From the NCBI GenBank assembly GCA_951406725.2, contig OX597831.1, positions 53,010,001-53,074,000 on the forward strand: a stretch of 64,000 nt of DNA, in the 5' to 3' direction. A program made the translations under genes and the position numbers. This document shows, piece by piece, positions 50,071-63,733 of this stretch (its first letter is position 1; the number at the start of each line of letters is the position of its first letter). This stretch comes from Octopus vulgaris. Its lineage: Eukaryota. The notes beneath the pieces are model-generated. The model was not told the origin of the DNA and searched no databases. It saw nothing but the letters and a program-made list of their open reading frames with translations.

Positions 50071-53000
50071 ATTTATTATTATTATTATTATTGTTATATA
50101 TTGGATGATGATTCAGTTAGCTACATTCCTCTAAATTTTTTCTTATGCTAATGAAGGAAATCCTTATTATTGTGTTACAGTAATAGTAATAATAATTATT
50201 GATGTTACTACTTATTATGTATTTAGAATTAAAATGAAAAATAGCAACAAATTCCTCTGTGATGGGGTTTGGTTTATGTTTGGTGCTAACGGACAAACTG
50301 ATGAGAATAATTGAAGGAAATAACATTGTATAACAATATAACAGACTGCGTTGATCTTTTGTATTACTACACTGAGCCACAGCTGGCTTCAGTTAGTTGG
50401 TAGATATGCCAACCTGGCTGTCTGAAGAGTAAACATGTTGTATTCTGTCATCAGTGCTGTGCTATGTATGCTCTATAGCCAAAACCCTTGATTCGTTCTT
50501 TCTCAATCTGCCCAACTGGGATGCAATGTGAGCCCTGAGAAATTTACGAGTTGTTTCAGTTGGTTTGGTGTGCTGAGCTTTAAGATCTTTTCATTTGATA
50601 TATGTAACTTGGTTGAGAGCCTGCTCTGAAGTCAACAGGAATGGTTACTCTTTGACTGCATGAAATAAATGAAGATTGACTGGTTGGTTGGTGGGTTGAT
50701 TTAGATGTTATGTTTCCCAGATAAATATATTTAAAAATAATAAAGACAGTGGGTGGGATTAATTTAGATATTATTGATTCTTATGCTTTATAAAGAAATT
50801 CTTCTTGAGACAAGAAAGAAGTGTCTTTGGACACTGAGCATTGTCTGCCTGCTGTGTGTCACTAGTGACTGTTGGCTGTGCAGTATTTGACCATCCAGTT
50901 GCTGTGTCAAGTCAGTGCATAAATATTAAACTCAGTCAAAATTTCTTAACATTCATTTCTAGCTACATATACATGAACACATACATGCATACACATTCTT
51001 TTCTAAATGTGGAATGTGTGCCAAGTAGCCTGAGGAAGATAGGGACTTGCAATTGTATATTTCTTTCTGATTTAATGTAATTTTTTTTTCTAATTTCAAA
51101 TACAAAACTAAAGAGCTGAGTTCAAATTCTGGTATGGGCAAAACTGACTAGCATCTTTAATTCAAAAAGGAAGAAGCAACAGTAAACAAACAGTAGCATC
51201 TCTTATCCATTTAGTGTCATAAATTAGAAATCAAGAAATATTTCAGTATATGGGTATTGCTTGGTAGTAGTGGTGGATGAGAAAATAAAAGCTTGTTGGA
51301 AAAGTGGTAGTTAAATTAGTTCTTGCTAGTGGCCTGTTTTAATTTTTTTGTTTGTGCTCTCATACACACACACACACACACATATATATGTTTCTATATA
51401 TTTCTGTATAGTTATTTTGAAGTTATGGATCTCCATTGTGCATATACAAACAAGAAAAGCTGAGGTTTTACTCAATCATTACATTTAAGTTTTCCTCATT
51501 ATTAGCAATGAATCTCTGAGTAACAGTGAAGTGAAAGCTTACCTGTAAATAAATCAAATTTTGGTTTACCTATATGTGTATGCATGTGTATAAAAGCTTT
51601 TTTCTGCTTCTGTTGTCAAGTACTTAATATTCATTCGGTTAAATGTTTATATTCATATATTTATTCCATAATTCCGTCTTTGAAAATTTTTACTTGTTAG
51701 AAAATTTTTAAATTTCATAAATTGCATATTTAGTTAAATTTTATGAAACATTAGAAGTTTGATAAAGTTTTATATATATAATTCTATCTAGTTGACTAGC
51801 CTTTACAATTTTATTATCTCTCTGAAGAAGGTGTTGTGAAGTCAGTATTTTATGAAGAAGCATAATTTTTCTCATTTGCAGGTTTGCTAACCAAGTAGTT
51901 CTATGTCGGTCCTGTATTCAGTAACTCTTGATTTCTCTTGTATTAACATCTTTTTTTCAACAGCCTCTGTTAGCATCCTATGAATAGTAGCAGCTCTGGT
52001 TAAACAGTGCTTTAGTTTTAATTTTGGAAATTTATTTACATTTTGCTGTCCGATAATATTTGAAAAGGAAAAGCCTGGCTCAAAAAGACATGGCATTGTT
52101 ATTATTATAAATACGTATTGGTCAAAAATGCCTTCCACTATTTCTTTTGGGTCTTATATTCTAAGTTGAAATCTCGCAAAATCAGGTTTGCCTTTTGTCC
52201 TTCTGGCAGTTGTTGAGAAAATAAAGTATCAGTCAAATAATGGGGTCTTGAATTTCAGGCTGTGTACCTATGTTAAAAACCATTATTTTATTACTTGGAA
52301 TAGCAGAAAAGGGTGAAGTGATAGGATAAAATCACTATGCAGTATTATGATCTATTACATGCTTAGTTCAAATCCCACCAGCTTTAGTTTGCTTTCAGTG
52401 ATATTGATTATACTCTCCCACTTACAAATGTTTAACTTTGTGCCAGTTGTTACTATAGATTCATCTCTCTACATTCAACTCACAACCCACTGGGGTTGTT
52501 GAAATGAAGTGAAAATCAAATGTGTACAAGGGTCAATCTGCTTAATTTATAACCTTCTACAAATTTGTGGCCTTGTATCTGTTAATATATTTTGTTGTTA
52601 TCACTGCAGACTACAATTTATTATACATAGTTTCACCCCCATCCCCCCACATGTCCAACCTTTGTGTGAGTAATGGAGCTGAGCAAAAATAGTCTCGGCA
52701 ATACACTCGGACCAGTCAAATTAATTAACAAAATTTGACTCTGTGTGTGTGTTAAGTTTTACAGTGAGTTTAGATCCTGCCTGGTTTGACATTGCCTTTT
52801 ATCACATCAGTGCCTGGTCGAACCACATCATTACAATGTGAGTGGCAAATGCAGTGAGTATAGTGCCAACAAACTGAGTTTATGGTCCAATTTGAATTGT
52901 TTTAGTTTGCATATTGAAAAAAAAAATCTCATCTCACTCCCCTTCTCCCTCTGAAAATTGTAGCCTTGAAGAAGCAGTTTGCAACTTTTTGTTCCTCTTG

Positions 53001-54392
53001 GGGGACCCCTAAATAAAATTTATATATATAGCAGCAAGTTGTGGCTCTCTGACCTATTGGATCCTATCAAACTGTCCAACCTGTGTCAGCAAGAAAGTGG
53101 AAAGTGGGCATAAAATGATGGTGGTGGTGATGATTTTATCGATTTTTTTCTTCTCTATCTTGGAGTTAAATTTCATAAGAGACTAAGCAAATCATAAAAC
53201 TGCTTTTGAAAGATTCAGTTGTGCTTAATCCATCAGTGGCCACAAAAACGGTTTAAGAAATTTTGTCTTAAGTACTTGCTTAGACCAAGTTCCTTTACAA
53301 TTCCCTATGAAGTTATTTTTGCCATAGGATTTCTTACTACCTACAAATATATCTTAGAGAATAATGTTGTTTGCATGATATAATTATGTCTAAAGAATTA
53401 ACCACTGAAATTGACTTACAAATGCATTTCTGTAAGAATACCTGCATTTCAGAGATCTCTAGTTGAGAAATAATGTCTTACAGCATAGTGCTGATGTAAA
53501 AAAAATTTATCATTGATAATTAAGCTCATTATGAGCAATGTTTAAACACTCTTTGTCCTTTTGAAAATTAACAATTTCAGGTTTCATGCCTGTGTAAAGA
53601 ATAATCAGCATGATTGTCACAACTTCACAAGTGTTCTAATTATGAATCTCAAGCTTTATATCTACATAAAGAAAATTCTATTCTTAAGAAACACATAGAT
53701 GGTTAATGATGTTGGGGTAAGCTAATTTGGCTAGGCTTCCACCATCTCTGATAATTTTCAACATCATTCCTACAATATATCCTTGTGTGCCTCCATGTTA
53801 GGGATCAGTATTGCTTTTGGAGTTAAGGATGACAGTGTAAGAAAGTAGAAGAAAGAAAAAAAAAGAAGAAATTATTTATTTTGTATCTGCTATTAAATTC
53901 CGTCCACCCAACAATGTGTAGGTTGGTCTATAGTTCATTTATGACATACGTATGTGTGTATACATACATACATACATATATATATACACACACGTGTGTG
54001 TGTGTTTGTGGACTGAAACACCAATATGTTATTGCTGGGAGTCTTTATTTTTTTTTAGATATTTATTTACACCTTCCCCTATCTTTTTGTTGAATGGTTC
54101 AACAAAATAGAGCAAAAACTTTCATTTTATTATTATTATATATGGGCTTGTTTCCTTAATCACTCCCTCTTTAAGTGGCAGCATTTTACACTGTCTTTTA
54201 GCAATATTTATATTATTGCTTTAGAAACATTAATTTCTTATCTTCTAATTCATTTTTGTTTCTTTTGTCCTATTTTTTCCCTACCTCATTTTCAAACATT
54301 GGAATCCTTTAATTGCAGTCATATTTCTATGACATCTTAAATTAAAAAAAAAAAATCAAAAAACTTCTTTTGGTTCACAAGGTTTATTATTA

Positions 54393-54448
<56 letters not shown>

Positions 54449-54816
54449 TTGTTTTCTCAAGCTCAAGGGAACCATTAAGTATAGTAAGAGAGAAATAAAG
54501 AATGGTTATTCCAGTTCTAAACATTGCCCCTAACACATCCTAAAATTATGGTTGTAGTAATTAGCATGATATTCTTGTATCTGTTTTGTGACTCTATGTA
54601 TCTTAAACTCTACTTTGTAAGTTAAATTTTTCTTTTTACATTTCTTTTTTTATGAACAATTTTCATTGTAAAAAAATACAAAGCAAAAAAGAAACACTCT
54701 TTCACTTTAGTTTATTTTAGTAATTGATAGTTTCAAAAATACCTACTAGGCATTGGCTCAAAGTTATTAAGAGAGATTTGCCAAGTTTTTGTGTATGATT
54801 TGTTCCTTATATATGT

Positions 54817-55139
54817 GAGGGCGCGTGGCTTAGTGGTTAGGGCATTCGGCTCATGATCGTAAGGTTGTGAGTTCGATTCCCGGCGACGCGTTGTGTCCTT
54901 GAGCAAGACACTTTATTTCACGTTGCTCCAGTCCACTCAGCTGGCAAAAATGAGTTGTACTTGTATTTCAAAGGGTCAGCCTTGTCACTCTCTGTGTCAC
55001 GCTGATTATCCCCGAGAACTACGTTAAGGGTACACGTGTCTGTGGAATGCTCAGCCATTTGCACGTTAATTTCACGAGCAAGCTGTTCCGTTGATCGTAT
55101 CAGCTGGGACCCTCGTCGTCGTAACCGGCGGAGTCTTTA
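54817..55139 (+). mobile_element. Young tRNA-derived SINE family C variant
   Basis: GAGGGCGCGTGGCTTAGTGGTTAG A-box and GAGTTCGATTCCC B-box. CpG-rich, flanked by an ATATATGT direct repeat. Confidence 0.9.
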
Positions 55140-55351
55140 ATATATGTTCTTACAATGATAGAAATAACCTAGCTTCATTAATCGAGAAAGTATATCTAAG
55201 TGTGTCTATGCAGATAGACATTGAATTTCAACATCATCTTGTTAGTTTTAAACTTAGCCAAGTGTTTTTCATATTGCTACATTTTATCATTGATCTTTCT
55301 TCATGAACAAACTCATAAAACTATTCCTGATCAGTCCGATACTTTCACGAC

Positions 55352-55704
55352 ATTATGAAAGGTTGTGTCTGGAGAGAGTCATTTTCTTTTTGTGCCTTAT
55401 AATATAACACTCACCAGTAAAATTTCAACTTTTTTCTTATTTTTATTCTCCTAAAATTTTCGTTGCGTCTTGCAACCTTTTCAATAGTTTTGACTCTCAA
55501 AACTATTGAAAAGGTTGCAAGATGCAACAAAAATTTTAAGAGAATAAAAATAAGAAAAAAGTGAAAATTTTTAGGTGAGTGTGTTACATTATAAGGCACA
55601 AAAAGAAAATGACTCTCCCCAGACAAAACAGAATATGCTTCAACACATGAAATCATATAAAGAATCTTGCAAACCAAATCCCAAAACGAAATATTATGAA
55701 AGGT
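55352..55704. mobile_element. Fold-back insertion 2 (Penelope-like truncated copy with inverted pLTR)
   Basis: 12-bp TSD ATTATGAAAGGT (55352-55363 and 55693-55704). Arms ~55366-55493 and ~55498-55625. The tail resembles that of fold-back 1. Confidence 0.8.
55448..55493 (-). ncRNA. Hammerhead-like motif with U3-A8 covariant core
   Basis: Minus strand reads CTA-TTGAAAA-G-GTTGC(AAGAC)GCAAC-GAAA-ATTT-TAG. The + strand mirror has GAAA mutated to AAAA. Confidence 0.45.
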
Positions 55705-58452
55705 ATTTTATGCAATATCTTTTGTGCCAAGTAGAATTGTCTTAAATTTTATTTCTGCTGGGGAAAAACAGGATCAAATGGCTTTTAGTCATTATTAATT
55801 TTCAATTTTAAACAACATTAAGGTTTTATTTTTATTTATTTATTTATTTATTTTTTTGGACAAATTTAACAAAAGTTTTGACCATGCAAAATTTTTTTTG
55901 ATAGCTCCATTGCCTGATATCTGAGAGAAAATTAGCCATGATTTGTAACAGGCTAAATGCTTGTAAGATGTTCAGAGATATGTGCTCTCTCTCTCTCTCA
56001 CACACACACAGATGATTTGCCATTTCATAAAGTGGTTGCCTATTCAATAAAGGATCCTCTACATGGTCACTTGATCTGCAAGAAATAGCAGCCAAATCAT
56101 ACCACATTGTCTTAGATAAAAGAAAAGAGACATTGGATAATGTAGTTCAAGACAAAAGGTGTTATGGCCATGGCTGGAACACCTTTGACTGCAGGTCTGC
56201 TTGATTAGAGCTAACTTGTGACTAAATAACAGTTTAAAAAACAACAAAACACCACTATTTTACTCTGACTTAATTCTTCATGTCTGATGATTGCTGTGGT
56301 TGTCAAGTAATTTTTAGAAGGCAGATTTTAAAAAAATACAAAAAATTACATAAACAGAAGACTTTAATTCAGTTTACCCAGACTGTTGAAATATTTTTTT
56401 CATTGGGTTCTAGACTGAATTCCATCCCACCCCTACTCCCCATTTTTTAAAAATAATTTTGTTCTGTTTTGTTACATTTCTGAATCAAAATCTGTCTTTA
56501 ACCTGTTCTAAAAATATGGAAGGCTAAGGGACTTGGTGTCTGTTTGTTATGGTATCCATAAAAAAAAAGAAAAGAAAAAAAAAAGAATATGTAACAAATA
56601 GAAATAAAATTCAAATAATGTGTGGCCTAATTCATTAAGGCATGAACTTTTTTCTGTTTGTTGTGATGTGTAGTAGATTAGCTGATTTCCTATTTCCCCC
56701 CACTCCCCCCTATAAAAGAAAGAAATTGGGCCTCAGTGAAGATCAGACCAGTGTATAACATTACTCCTCATTCTCCCCCATTCAAGCAGCTTTATGTTTC
56801 CTGGTTGAAATTAACTGAAATTTAACCCTTTCACACTGGTGTGAAAGGATAGTATGTTATGTACTGTGTGCATTTTTTTTTAATACTCTCTGATGATTTT
56901 CATAATTATAATCTTGATAGTAAATCTCCTTGAATGTGCTAAGGATATTAGTGTAGTCTTCTAGTTCGGTTAAGGCAATGATTTCTGAACATCCTTTCTC
57001 AACTCATGTTGTTGAGTTTAATACTGCCGTTTGTTTGATGGGATTGTGGAGTGACTGACTGTCTAGGTTACTCTAGGGTTGTCTAACAGAATTATCAGTT
57101 CAGCTGTGGCTGATGTAATAACAACCCACTCCATACAACTCAATCTGGTTAATTCTTTTATAAAAGTCAGTGGTCTTTTGATTGGTTGAGTTCAGACCAA
57201 TTTACCTCATGTTTTGTTGATCCTATAATAATGTTCCTTTAGGGACGAATTCACCACCATAACTAAAAAAGAATCAAACAAAACAAAACAACCCCATGCA
57301 TCATGATGCAATCTGTGTAAATATTCCAACTAAGTCTGCTCTGCTTAACCCACCATGACAAGATAATCCAGTATAATTCTTTTTTAAAGTTTAAAAAGAT
57401 TTAAGGATTTTCACAGATGATTTGCTGTAACTATAGATTTAGTTATTGGTTTGACAACTGAGACCCAGTTTGTAATGTAGATGGCTAATGGGGCCTGCAC
57501 ACATGGCATGGCTAGTTGTGCCGCCTTTGCTGCATAGTTGACCTTGCTGAGCTCCAGCCGTCATCTAGATGTATTGGCTTCCATCGAAGCCTCAGATATT
57601 TCTTAGTTTTATTTTTTGTTTTTTTTTTGTATATTTTTCTTTATAATATTCTTGACAATTTTTTCATAGGAAGGAAGAAAAAAGAAAAGAAAAGCAAAAG
57701 CTTTCACTTGAAGTTTTAGTAGATTAATAATCACTGTTAAAAATGTCAAATCACCTTTCCTTTTTCAGGCCAATAAATGCCCCCCTTCTCATATACAAAT
57801 GTCTTGTGTTTTCATTCTTTATTTTTATACTTTTATTTTCATGCAATTGAAACATGTTAAAGAAGAATAAAGTTTTATGACATTAATGTTGATGATGACT
57901 AATTTCATTGTCTGCTAGTTTTAATCTCATGGTAGAGAGAAGCTGTTATCATTATCATAATTTAGCGTGCACTTTTCAATGCTTGCATGGGTCTTATGGA
58001 ATTTATTGAGGCAGATTTTCTACAGCTGGATGCCCTTCTTGTTGCCAACCTTCACTTACTCCCAAGGATTGTATTGTTTCCCATGTTCAGATGTTATTCA
58101 TTGTAGACATGCTACTCATTTACAGCTGTCATATGATGTCAAGACATGGGTACACACACATACACATGGTCAAGCTGCTGCTGTAGAGTGTTGGAAAGCA
58201 AGCTTCTCTATCACAGCTACATCTGCAACTATCACGAGATTAAAGCTACTGGAGTACATAGGACATGTCTTATACTAAAAGTGGGTGGCAATGGTGGTGA
58301 GTCGTTGCCTGGTCATATCATTGTCAATAACTATAAACATAGAGGGTGCCTCCATGAGGTTGTCCAGATTGCTAAGAATAACAGCCACATCTACATTATA
58401 AAACTTGAAAAAATAAAAACAACAACTGGTTAATGTATTCTTAGATATATAA

Positions 58453-58848
58453 GGCGCAGGAGTGGCTGTGTGGTAAGTAGCTTGTTTACCAACCACATGG
58501 TTCTGGGTTCAGTCCCACTGCGTGGCATCTTGGGCAAGTGTCTTCTGCTATAGCCTCGGGCCGACCAAAGCCTTGTGAGTGGATTTGGTAGACGGAAACT
58601 GAAAGAAGCCCGTCGTATATGTGTGTGTATATATATACACACGCGTTTGTGTGTCTGTTTGTCCCCCTAGCATTGCTTGACAACCGATGCTGGTGTGTTT
58701 ATGTCCCCGTTACTTAGCGGTTCGGCAAAAAGAGACCGATAGAATAAGTACTGGACTTACAAAAAGAATAAGTCCCGGGGTCGAGTTGTTCGATTAAAGG
58801 CGGTGCTCCAGCATGGCCGCAGTCAAATGACTGAAACAAGTAAAAGAG
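58453..58848 (+). mobile_element. Near-intact SINE family B
   Basis: GGCGCAGGAGTGGCTGTGTGGTAAG A-box and GGGTTCAGTCCC B-box, retained CpGs, AAACAAGTAAAAGAG end. Confidence 0.9.
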
Positions 58849-58896
58849 TATATGGAAGGATGAGATAATTGTAGCTGGAGCATCTTTGATTACAAC

Positions 58897-59125
58897 TTAA
58901 CCCTTTCGTTACCGTATTTATTTTGAGATGCTTTGTGTTTCTTTCAATTAATTTTAAATTAATAAAGAATTTAGTAAAATAACTTAGTTATCATTAAGCT
59001 GGTGTAAGGAACATAAATTGTGACTACGGTTTGGTGGAAGATTTTAATTCAAAACTTATGAAAACAAGACATTTATACTACAGAGCCGGAGGCGGTTTCA
59101 GCCGGATTGGTATTGAAAGGGTTAA
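58897..59125. mobile_element. piggyBac-like MITE (second family)
   Basis: TTAA-CCCTTTCGTTACC...GGTATTGAAAGGG-TTAA, nested in a family E repeat. Confidence 0.75.
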
Positions 59126-61954
59126 TGTTCAATTGGACCTATGTCTGATTAAACAATCACAATAATGACCTGTAAACTTGCAGTTCCATTATAAAATAAA
59201 GAGATTTATACAGTTCAACAGATGTTCTTGAACTGTTTGGAGCATAGAGGATTAAAAAACTCTTCAGTATTGTTTTCTGCATGGCAGGTCATTTTTTAAA
59301 TCCTGACAACTAAAATCATGTAGAAAATCAGAAATGTTAGACGGAACTGTTGATGAAATTCATTGTTTGGTTGCAAGATTATCCATAAATTTTGTCTGAA
59401 TTTAATTTTGAGGAAAACTGTTCACTTAGGTAATATTGGTAAAACATCTGGTGCAATTTTCAATGAGTGATACTGCAAATGTGGGTATTTTTTAATACCC
59501 ACAGCTATTAAAATTGAATGTTAAAGTATTATTCATTTGTAAATTTCAGTTACAAAGAATCAGGAGTTTCACCTGTTTCTTAATTCAAGCTCATAACTTT
59601 TTAGATTTTGCAATTGCTGTCATCATAGTCTGTTTTCTATGCTGGTATAAGTTGGATAGTTTGACAGAACCTTACAAACCAGAGGACTATATCAAACCCC
59701 AATGTTTACTTTGGCATGATTTCTATAACTGGATGACCTTCCTAATGCCAACCATTTTACAGAGTGTACTGGGTGCTTTTCATGTGGCACCAGCAGCAGC
59801 AGTGCAGACACAACTGAGGGAGGAGTATTGAACATAGTGACCGTATACCAAGTAATGAGAGGTCCAAAGGTTGGAAAATATACCTTTTTTTACTATTGTG
59901 TTAGGAAGTCTTCATGTACTTGTCTGACATTGGACTGTGCTAATGTTCTTACCCTCACAGCTAATCAACTGATCAATGTGCAAGACTTGCTAACATTCCT
60001 TGAAAATGCTATCTGCTTAGGCCTTGCTTCTCAGTGTAAAGAAAAAAACTGTGTGCATAACTATGAATGAGGATGAAAGCCACCAACCAATTTGTTTCAG
60101 TGATGGCATGCAACTCAAGTCAGTGACATTTTGGAATCTGTTTTGCTGTCTGTAAGAAAGACAAGCTTGGAATGCTTGTGATACACTTAACATTTGGCAG
60201 TCGGGTATTTCAGAGTCAACAAAGGCTGGTCTGGGAGGTTGCTGAGAGTATTCCTCACTATGGAGCCTAAACCTGGTGTATAAAGGAGCTTCAAGATCCC
60301 TTTGTTGATATAGACACTAAGCTTTTCATAAGGGCTCAAAACATCTTATAAGACAAAAGAAGAGATTAATATCCTTTAGCATTCAGATTACTTTGTCAAG
60401 TGTAAAGTTTATTTATTCACATCCTTTTGAATTAGTCATGCATCATCTTGTAGCTTTGAAGCTTCAATAATGTGTTTATTTTTAGAATAATATTGTAGGG
60501 TAAATGTGAGAGACCAGATCAGGCCAGTTTGAATATAAAACAGGTATATTTGGGCCCGATAAGGCTGGTTTAAATGCTAAAGAGTTAAAGGACGTATTCG
60601 ATCTGCCTCTGCTTTGTTGGTAATGCAGGAAAGGGTTTTGCTGGCCACTTTTATCATGCTGACCAACAAACCATATCAGGTGTTATAATTTGGAGGCTTC
60701 AACACCCTAATACAGGACAAAGGCCACCCAATGACTCTGGTGACACACAACATAAAATTGAAGGCCAAATTCAGAAAGCTAATAGGGAACAGAGATTCCT
60801 GGCATGGAATGTTAAAACGTTGCAGTAAAAGAGGGAGGTAAGGAACTAATTCAACCTTTATAATTTCAGACTTTGATAATTTATTTGGTCAGTGATATTG
60901 AACAAAAATGCCAATCCCATAAACATCCTTGGTCCTCTGATTCCATTACAAGAAAATCTTTTAACATCACTTCATTTTTCAGCTCATAGAGGCACCATAA
61001 CAAGTAAATTTCACAATGGTACAATAAATTGTATTCTACTTGAACAGCCTTAAAAAACTTTTGCAGTTCCCTGTTCTAGCCTATATTTTTATGAAATTAA
61101 AACATTTTATAATTTCATTACATTCTTCTATCTTTTCTGGACAAAATGTTGAGGTTGTCTCCTTAGGTTTCATCCCTTTCCTGCTGCCAACTTTGTTTCC
61201 AATTAAAGTGCTTATTTCCCTCATCTTTTGCATGATGAACGTCCCAGCAGCTTGACATGCATTAGCAACAAATATAAACAATAAAACTGCAAAAACTAGT
61301 GACATTATTTTACATGTCAAGCTTGTAAACAATGTCAAGACAGATGGAAAGACACAAACACATCATTAAAAGTCCGTTTTCCATGCTGGCATGGATTGGA
61401 TGGTCTGACAAGATCTGATGAGCAGTAGGACTGCATCAAATTCCTATGTCAGTTTTGGCATGCTTTCTGCAGTTGGATACCCCTAGTAATTACAAGTAAT
61501 TTCTAAAAAAGAAGACTACCCGCCACTGCAAAGACAAAATGGCAGAAATCCCCTTGACTAAATGGGTGGTGCTTTTGAGAATACATGGAGAAAAAAACTT
61601 TGTAAAACGTACCCACTACACTCTTGTAAAGTGGTTGATGTTAGGAAGGGAATCCATCCATAGAAACCATGCCAAAACAGGCAACTGGAGCCTGGTGCAA
61701 CCCTCTGGCTTGCCAGCTGTCAAACCACTAGGCCCATGTCAGTATAGAAAACAGATGTTAAAGGATGATGATAATGATATGTTTTGAAATAGAATACCAG
61801 GTGCTGCCAAACCACATTTAACAGTATCATGAAGGGTAGTATACCTTGAGAAGCAACTGGTACTGAGGTAGCAGACAGTATGTGAGGTGTTGATAAATTC
61901 TGCTGTAGACCTGAAATGGCATTAGTGTCTCTTGTAGATCCATGTCCGCTCTGT

Positions 61955-62330
61955 CTTTTACTTGTTTTAGTCATTAGACTGTGGCCATGCTGGGGCACTA
62001 CCTTGAAGAATTTTTAGTCAAATAAATCGACATCAGCATTTATTTTCCCTTATTTTGAGAAGCCTGGTACTTATTCTATCAGTCTCTTTTGCCGAACCAC
62101 TAAGTTATGAGGATGTAAACACACCAACATCATTTGTCAAGCAGTGACAGGGAACAAACATAGACACTAACACATAGATATATGTGTGTGTGTGTGTGTA
62201 TATATAAATATATGATGGGCTTCTTTCAGTTTCTATCTACCAAATTCACTCACAAGGCAAAGCTGCAGTGGGACTGAACCTGGAACCATGTGGTTGGAAA
62301 GCAAGCTTCTTATCACACAGCCACACCTGT
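61955..62330 (-). mobile_element. SINE family B
   Basis: Reverse complement of the 58453 copy. Confidence 0.8.
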
Positions 62331-62385
62331 GCTTGTTCAACATTTTCCAAAATAATAGAAACATCAGTTAAAAAAAAATGCTAAA

Positions 62386-62391
62386 TTTATT
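62386..62391 (-). promoter_or_regulatory. Probable MED8 polyadenylation signal AATAAA
   Basis: TTTATT on the + strand, ~260 nt past the MED8 stop, followed on the minus strand by T-rich/GT-rich sequence. Confidence 0.5.
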
Positions 62392-62653
62392 GAATTAAAA
62401 ACAAAAAAAATGTTTACAAAATATTCAAGGAGAGATTGTTTTCCCCAAAATGAATTTTAAAAAGTTTAGAGAAGGAACAAAATGAATCAATAATTTAAGT
62501 AAAAATAAGTTTGTTGCACTGTGCAGTAGGTTTTTGATATAGATCCTCTTTTCTGTTACCTTCATTAAGTTAGCAGTCAGAAATACTGTAGTAATATCTG
62601 TTGAGATATAGATGTGCGTTTTTTTTTCTTTGCACACAGTTTCAAATACTACC

Positions 62654-62736
62654 TCAGGAACGCTGGTAAGGATGACTGGAGGCTGCTTTGATGTTAGTCT
62701 TGATAGTGCTTGGAGCTTTAGAAATATTGGTGGAAG
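62654..62736 (-). CDS. MED8: MED8 last coding exon including TGA
   Basis: atttccag|; ASTNISKAPSTIKTNIKAASSHPYQRS* matches the MED8 C-terminus (PS.IKTNIKSASMHPYQR). Confidence 0.92.
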
Positions 62737-63733
62737 CTGGAAATATATAAAAATTAAAGGGTAGTTTTTAAGAACACAGATTATGACCATAAATATGAAA
62801 AAAATCAATCATGTTATGCTTTGCTGAACCTTTTTAAGACTAACTTAACTGACAACAGATTCCACCTTTATTTTGATGTTGGCTTGTTTGCGATAGAAAA
62901 TACATCAATATGTTGCTACTTAGTCCCTGGGGAACCTGGAACAAGCAGGTCTATAATCAAAAGCTCTCCAATTGCGATTATCCTGCCTTTTCTAGACATC
63001 ATTGAAGGTGTATTTTTAAGACAATATGGTTTAATTTGGCTACTTTCACAATCACATGGTTTTAGTTTTGTTCCACTGCATAGCACCTTGGCAGTGTATC
63101 TTCTACTACAGCCCTGGTCAGGCAAAAACATGAGTGAATTTGGTAGAGTGAAACTGCAGGTAGCTTGTGGTGTGCATGTGATGCATGAAAGCTGACCTTC
63201 CAAGCAAATCACCACTTGAGCAAAATGGTCATAATGTTCACATTCCTTGTTGACATTATGACCTGTGGCTCTGTATACTGAAAGATCACCATCATCATTT
63301 TAATGTCAGCTTTGCCATGCTTGCATGGGTTGGTCGGAGTTTATGGAGGCAGATTTTCTACAGACAGATACCCTTCCTGTTGCCAGCACCCATCTGTTTC
63401 CAATCAAGGTAATATTTCCTCATGGCTTGACGTGTGTTTAGAAATTACTGACATTCATTTACACATTCACATGATGTCAAAACAAGAGAGCTCGCATGCA
63501 TGACAAGCTTCTTTCAGTTTCCAGCAACCAAATCTCAAGGCTAAGGTTGGTCCAAGGTTATAATAGAAGACACATGCCTAAGGTGCTACATAGTGGGACT
63601 GAACCCCAAACTGTGTTGTTGGGAAGCAAAGTTCTTAACCACACAGCCTGCGCTTATATAACAATACATAACACAACATGTATTTAAGAGGTTAAAAGAA
63701 ATGTAAAATGAATGAAAATGTGAGATAACTTAC

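Noticed and set aside
54817-54890. tRNA gene
   Set aside because: The tRNA-like head continues into a SINE body shared with other copies and is flanked by a direct repeat. The same applies at 9740, 36955, 43785 and 58453.
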